A stretch of 64,000 nucleotides of DNA. It comes from Candidatus Poriferihabitaceae bacterium. GTDB taxonomy: Bacteria > Pseudomonadota > Gammaproteobacteria > Arenicellales > Poriferihabitantaceae. The notes beneath the pieces are model-generated. The model searched no databases. It saw only the letters and a program-made list of their open reading frames with translations, and was not told the origin of the DNA. Below, piece after piece: positions 60,836 through 64,000 of the stretch. Position numbers and translations under genes: made by a program. The stretch spans positions 1,277,202 to 1,341,201 of the forward strand of contig OZ253546.1 of the NCBI GenBank assembly GCA_965262585.1, in the 5' to 3' direction. Within the stretch, counting starts at the first letter, position 1. Each line of letters opens with the position of its first letter.

Positions 60836-62458
60836 TCACCTAATTCGGATTAACGACTGCCGATAGTCTTTTGGGGCATGGTATCCCAGCAGGTTGAACA
60901 CCGTTGCGGCGACGTTGGCGAGGCCCGGGTTGTCAACTTCGGCCATTTCGTAAGCGCGGTCGGCACTGGGATCCACAATCGCAAAGGGCACCGGATTCAA
61001 ACTGTGGGCGGTGCGCACAATCCGCTGGCCGTCTTTTTCCACGAACATCTCATCGGCATTGCCGTGATCCGCGGTTACCAGCACTACGCCCCGGCATTCC
61101 GACACCACTTCAATCAGGCGGCCAATGCACTGGTCCACCACTTCCATGGCGCGCACGGTGGCTTTGATATTGCCGCTGTGGCCGACCATGTCGCCGTTGG
61201 CGAAGTTGATGCGCCCGAAGCGGTATTCCTCGGAGCGGACTAATTCGATGGTGGCATCGGTTATCTCTTTTGCTTTCATCGCCGGTGCACGGCTGAAGTC
61301 GATGTTGTCCGAGGGAATTTCTATCCAGGTTTCGAGGTCTTCATCGAAGCGCCCCGAGCGGTTGCCGTTCCAGAAATAGGTTACATGTCCGAATTTCTGG
61401 GTTTCGCTGACGGCAAAAGTTTTTACTTTTTCGGCGCATAAAAATTCGACCATAGTGCGGTCGATGACCGGCGGGGCGACCAGATAATGCCGAGGCACAT
61501 TGAGGTCGCCGTCGTATTGCAGCATGCCGCAGAAAAACAATTCCGGCATGTCGCCGCGCTCGAAGGCGTCGAAGGACTCGTCTTCCAGCGCGCGGGAAAT
61601 CTCGATAGCGCGGTCGCCGCGAAAATTGAATAACACCACCGCGTCCCCGTCTCGCATGGCACCGACCGGGTTTCCATCGCCATCCGCAATCACGAACGCT
61701 TCGAGAAACTGATCGTTGACATCGGCGTCGGCTTCATACTGGCGCTGAATTTCTTGCGCGGCGTTGTCGGCGGTGCGGCCAATTCCATGAACATGCGCGT
61801 CGAATCCTTTTTTCACCATCGGCCAGTCGGCCTGATAGCGATCCATGGTGATCGCCATGCGCCCGCCGCCGGAGGCGATTCGGTAGTGAAAGCCGTCGCC
61901 GCGGTTAATGGCCGCCAACTCGGTTTCGAGTCGTTCCAAATAGACCAGGGCGGAACGCGGCGCGACATCCCGGCCGTCGAGCAGGGCGTGGATGCAGACC
62001 GATTGAATCCCCGAACGGTGGCAGCGTTTGAGTAGCCCGAGCAGGTGGCCGATGTGGGAGTGCACGTTGCCGTCTGACAGCAGGCCGAGGAAATGCACGG
62101 TATGGCCGCCTTTGCCACGGGATTCCACTTCGCCCCAGGCGTCGCCGTCAAAAATCGAGCCGTTGTCGAGGGCCTGCTTGACTAATTTCGCGCCCTGGTC
62201 GAAGACGCGGCCACCGCCCAGAGTGTTGTGTCCCACTTCGCTGTTGCCCATCTCCCGGTCGTCGGTGAGGCCGACGTGGGTGCCGTGGGCGTGCAGTTTG
62301 GTGTGGTAGTCCGAGGCCATGAGTTTGTCCAACACCGGGGTATGTGCCAGCGACACGGCATTGGCCGGCCCCGCCGCCGCCAACCCGACGCCGTCCATGA
62401 CAATCAGCAGCAACGGGCCGGCACGCCCTCGGAAGGTGGTTAGTTTTTTAAGGTGCAT
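60836..62458 (-). CDS. gpmI: 2,3-BPG-independent phosphoglycerate mutase
   Basis: MGNSEVGH, SDGNVHSH, LDGRD, NFRGDRA, ETQKFGHVTYF, NGDMVGH, TADHGNA. Confidence 0.95.
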   Translation of the reverse strand: MHLKKLTTFRGRAGPLLLIVMDGVGLAAAGPANAVSLAHTPVLDKLMASDYHTKLHAHGTHVGLTDDREMGNSEVGHNTLGGGRVFDQGAKLVKQALDNGSIFDGDAWGEVESRGKGGHTVHFLGLLSDGNVHSHIGHLLGLLKRCHRSGIQSVCIHALLDGRDVAPRSALVYLERLETELAAINRGDGFHYRIASGGGRMAITMDRYQADWPMVKKGFDAHVHGIGRTADNAAQEIQRQYEADADVNDQFLEAFVIADGDGNPVGAMRDGDAVVLFNFRGDRAIEISRALEDESFDAFERGDMPELFFCGMLQYDGDLNVPRHYLVAPPVIDRTMVEFLCAEKVKTFAVSETQKFGHVTYFWNGNRSGRFDEDLETWIEIPSDNIDFSRAPAMKAKEITDATIELVRSEEYRFGRINFANGDMVGHSGNIKATVRAMEVVDQCIGRLIEVVSECRGVVLVTADHGNADEMFVEKDGQRIVRTAHSLNPVPFAIVDPSADRAYEMAEVDNPGLANVAATVFNLLGYHAPKDYRQSLIRIR

Positions 62459-62511
62459 GTTTCAAGGTGCATGTGAGATGAGGAGGCGGTACTACCGATG
62501 AATTATAACCG

Positions 62512-63099
62512 TTACAGCAACATCCGCAGTTGTTGCAACGCCTGGCCACGATGGCTCAAGCGATTCTTCAGCGCCGGCTCCAGTTGCGCCGAGGTTTGGC
62601 CGAGGGCGTCGATAAAAAACACCGAGTCGTAGCCAAATCCGTTGTCCCCCACCGGCGCATCGGCAATCCGCCCTTCCCATGCACCGACGCTGATGAGCGG
62701 TGACGGGTCGGCGGCATCGCGCATGAACACCAACACGCAGCGAAAGCGCGCGGTTCGGGCGGCGGGGTTCACCGCTTCGAGATTTTTCAGCAGTTTGCGA
62801 ATGTTGTCGGCGGCGGACGCATTTTCGCCTGCGTAGCGGGCCGAACGGATGCCGGGCGCGCCTCCCAGCGCGTCTACTTCCAGCCCCGAATCATCGGCGA
62901 TGGCGGCGAGGCCGGTATGCATGCAGGCGTGGCGGGCTTTGAGCAGGGCGTTGTCGATGAAAGTGAGGCCGGACTCGACCACCTCGTCAAAACCAAACTC
63001 CGATTGCGGGACAATTTCCCAGCCACACGGCGCGAGCAGCGCGCCGAGTTCGGTTAGTTTTCCGGGGTTGCCGGTGGCCGCGACTACGCGCTTATTCAA
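62512..63099 (-). CDS. rdgB: dITP/XTP pyrophosphatase RdgB
   Basis: ATGNPGK, ADDSGL.V.ALGGAPG..SARY, GFGYD, KN..SHRG. Confidence 0.95.
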   Translation of the reverse strand: MNKRVVAATGNPGKLTELGALLAPCGWEIVPQSEFGFDEVVESGLTFIDNALLKARHACMHTGLAAIADDSGLEVDALGGAPGIRSARYAGENASAADNIRKLLKNLEAVNPAARTARFRCVLVFMRDAADPSPLISVGAWEGRIADAPVGDNGFGYDSVFFIDALGQTSAQLEPALKNRLSHRGQALQQLRMLL

Positions 63100-63838
63100 C
63101 GCCGACGCCGGGCGCTTCGCCGATGCCCAATGCCTCCCGCTGGGCGCTTAAAATCTGCTTGATGCCGGCCGTCGCCTGGTCGAGCATTCGCGTCAGGGTG
63201 TCGCGGTCGAAGGGCTTGGCTTCGGCGGTTCCCTGAATTTCAATCAGCCCGCCGTGCTCGTCCATGACCACATTCAGGTCGGTGTCGGCGCGCTTGTCCT
63301 CGGTGTAGTCGAGATCGGTGATGACGCGGTTTCCCAGCACCCCCACGGAAACCGCGGCGATCGCACGCCGCACCGGGGTTGCCTCGATCAACTCCTGATG
63401 AAGCAGCCAGCCCACCGCATCCACCAACGCCACATAAGCACCGGAAACCGCCGCGGTGCGGGTGCCGCCGTCGGCTTGAATGACATCGCAATCCAGCACG
63501 ATGCTACGCTCGCCAAGCGCGGGCAGATCGAGAGCGGCGCGCAGGGAACGGCCAATCAGCCGCTGGATCTCCAGAGTGCGCCCATCCTGCCGCCCACGGG
63601 CCGCCTCGCGACTGTTGCGGGTAGTAGTGGAGCGCGGCAGCATGCTGTATTCCGCAGTCACCCAGCCGCTTTTTTTATTACGCAAAAACGGCGGAACCCG
63701 CTCCTCGATGCTGGCGTTGCACAACACCCGCGTATCGCCGAGACTAATCAACACCGACCCTTCGGCGTGTTTAGTGTAATGCCGAATAATGGATACCGGC
63801 CGCAGTTCATCATCCTGTCGGCTATTTGTGCGAGACAT
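63092..63838 (-). CDS. rph: Ribonuclease PH
   Basis: [44 protein letters not shown]. Confidence 0.96.
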   Translation of the reverse strand: MSRTNSRQDDELRPVSIIRHYTKHAEGSVLISLGDTRVLCNASIEERVPPFLRNKKSGWVTAEYSMLPRSTTTRNSREAARGRQDGRTLEIQRLIGRSLRAALDLPALGERSIVLDCDVIQADGGTRTAAVSGAYVALVDAVGWLLHQELIEATPVRRAIAAVSVGVLGNRVITDLDYTEDKRADTDLNVVMDEHGGLIEIQGTAEAKPFDRDTLTRMLDQATAGIKQILSAQREALGIGEAPGVGVE

Positions 63839-63932
63839 GGGTAAATCCGGAAGTGGAGGAGTGTTTGATTATATTGAAAAACCGACCCGCCCCGCAAATA
63901 CAAATGCGAAAACCGTGCGAACCGGCGAGGGA

Positions 63933-63977
63933 TGGGAATGACGGGATTATGTTTTTCGTAGGGACGGGTGCTTGTCC
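63933..63977. repeat. Degenerate composite dRS3-like + GTAG element
   Basis: gggaatgacgggattatgtttttcgtagggacgggtgcttgtcc, same junction as at 58596-58644. Confidence 0.65.
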
Positions 63978-64000
63978 GGGTTGGCGATGGCATTGACCCC

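Overview
GC-rich chromosomal window from what appears to be a sulfur-oxidising gammaproteobacterium (inferred from gene content: qmoAB-hdrCB, fabA-fabB, lptCAB-hpf-ptsN-rapZ, aa3-type cox cluster). A host-associated lifestyle is possible but not proven. The backbone is housekeeping and energy genes: qmoA(3' end)-qmoB-hdrC-hdrB, clpB, PTS(Ntr)/lpt/kdsD, hemE, gltBD, cytochrome c oxidase and assembly genes, an aldehyde oxidoreductase (AOR, probably tungsten) operon with moaA, fabAB, ctaA, a porin, hemW, fadL, rpsU, gpmI, rdgB and rph. Several layers on top of this are not explained by the gene list. (1) Short, AT-richer cargo genes (an MTase-HNH fusion, HicB, HigBA, DUF805, a DUF1640-like gene, orphans) sit between the genes of core operons, with no transposase or integrase in view; one is bracketed by a 62-bp duplication of the hdrB 3' end. 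(2) There is a recurring, orientation-independent A/C-rich to G/T-rich strand-composition flip just inside many gene ends. (3) There are two families of palindromic repeats: dRS3/RPE-like ATTCCC...GGGAAT elements with nested variants and one in-frame insertion in ctaA, and GTAG-type REPs. (4) Also present are a phased 20-21-bp tandem array upstream of coxB, a 45-bp-repeat histone H1-like gene and a candidate sRNA. rpoN and kdsC are missing from their usual positions. No rRNA, tRNA, CRISPR array or transposase was recognised. All family assignments are from motif recognition by eye, not database searches.
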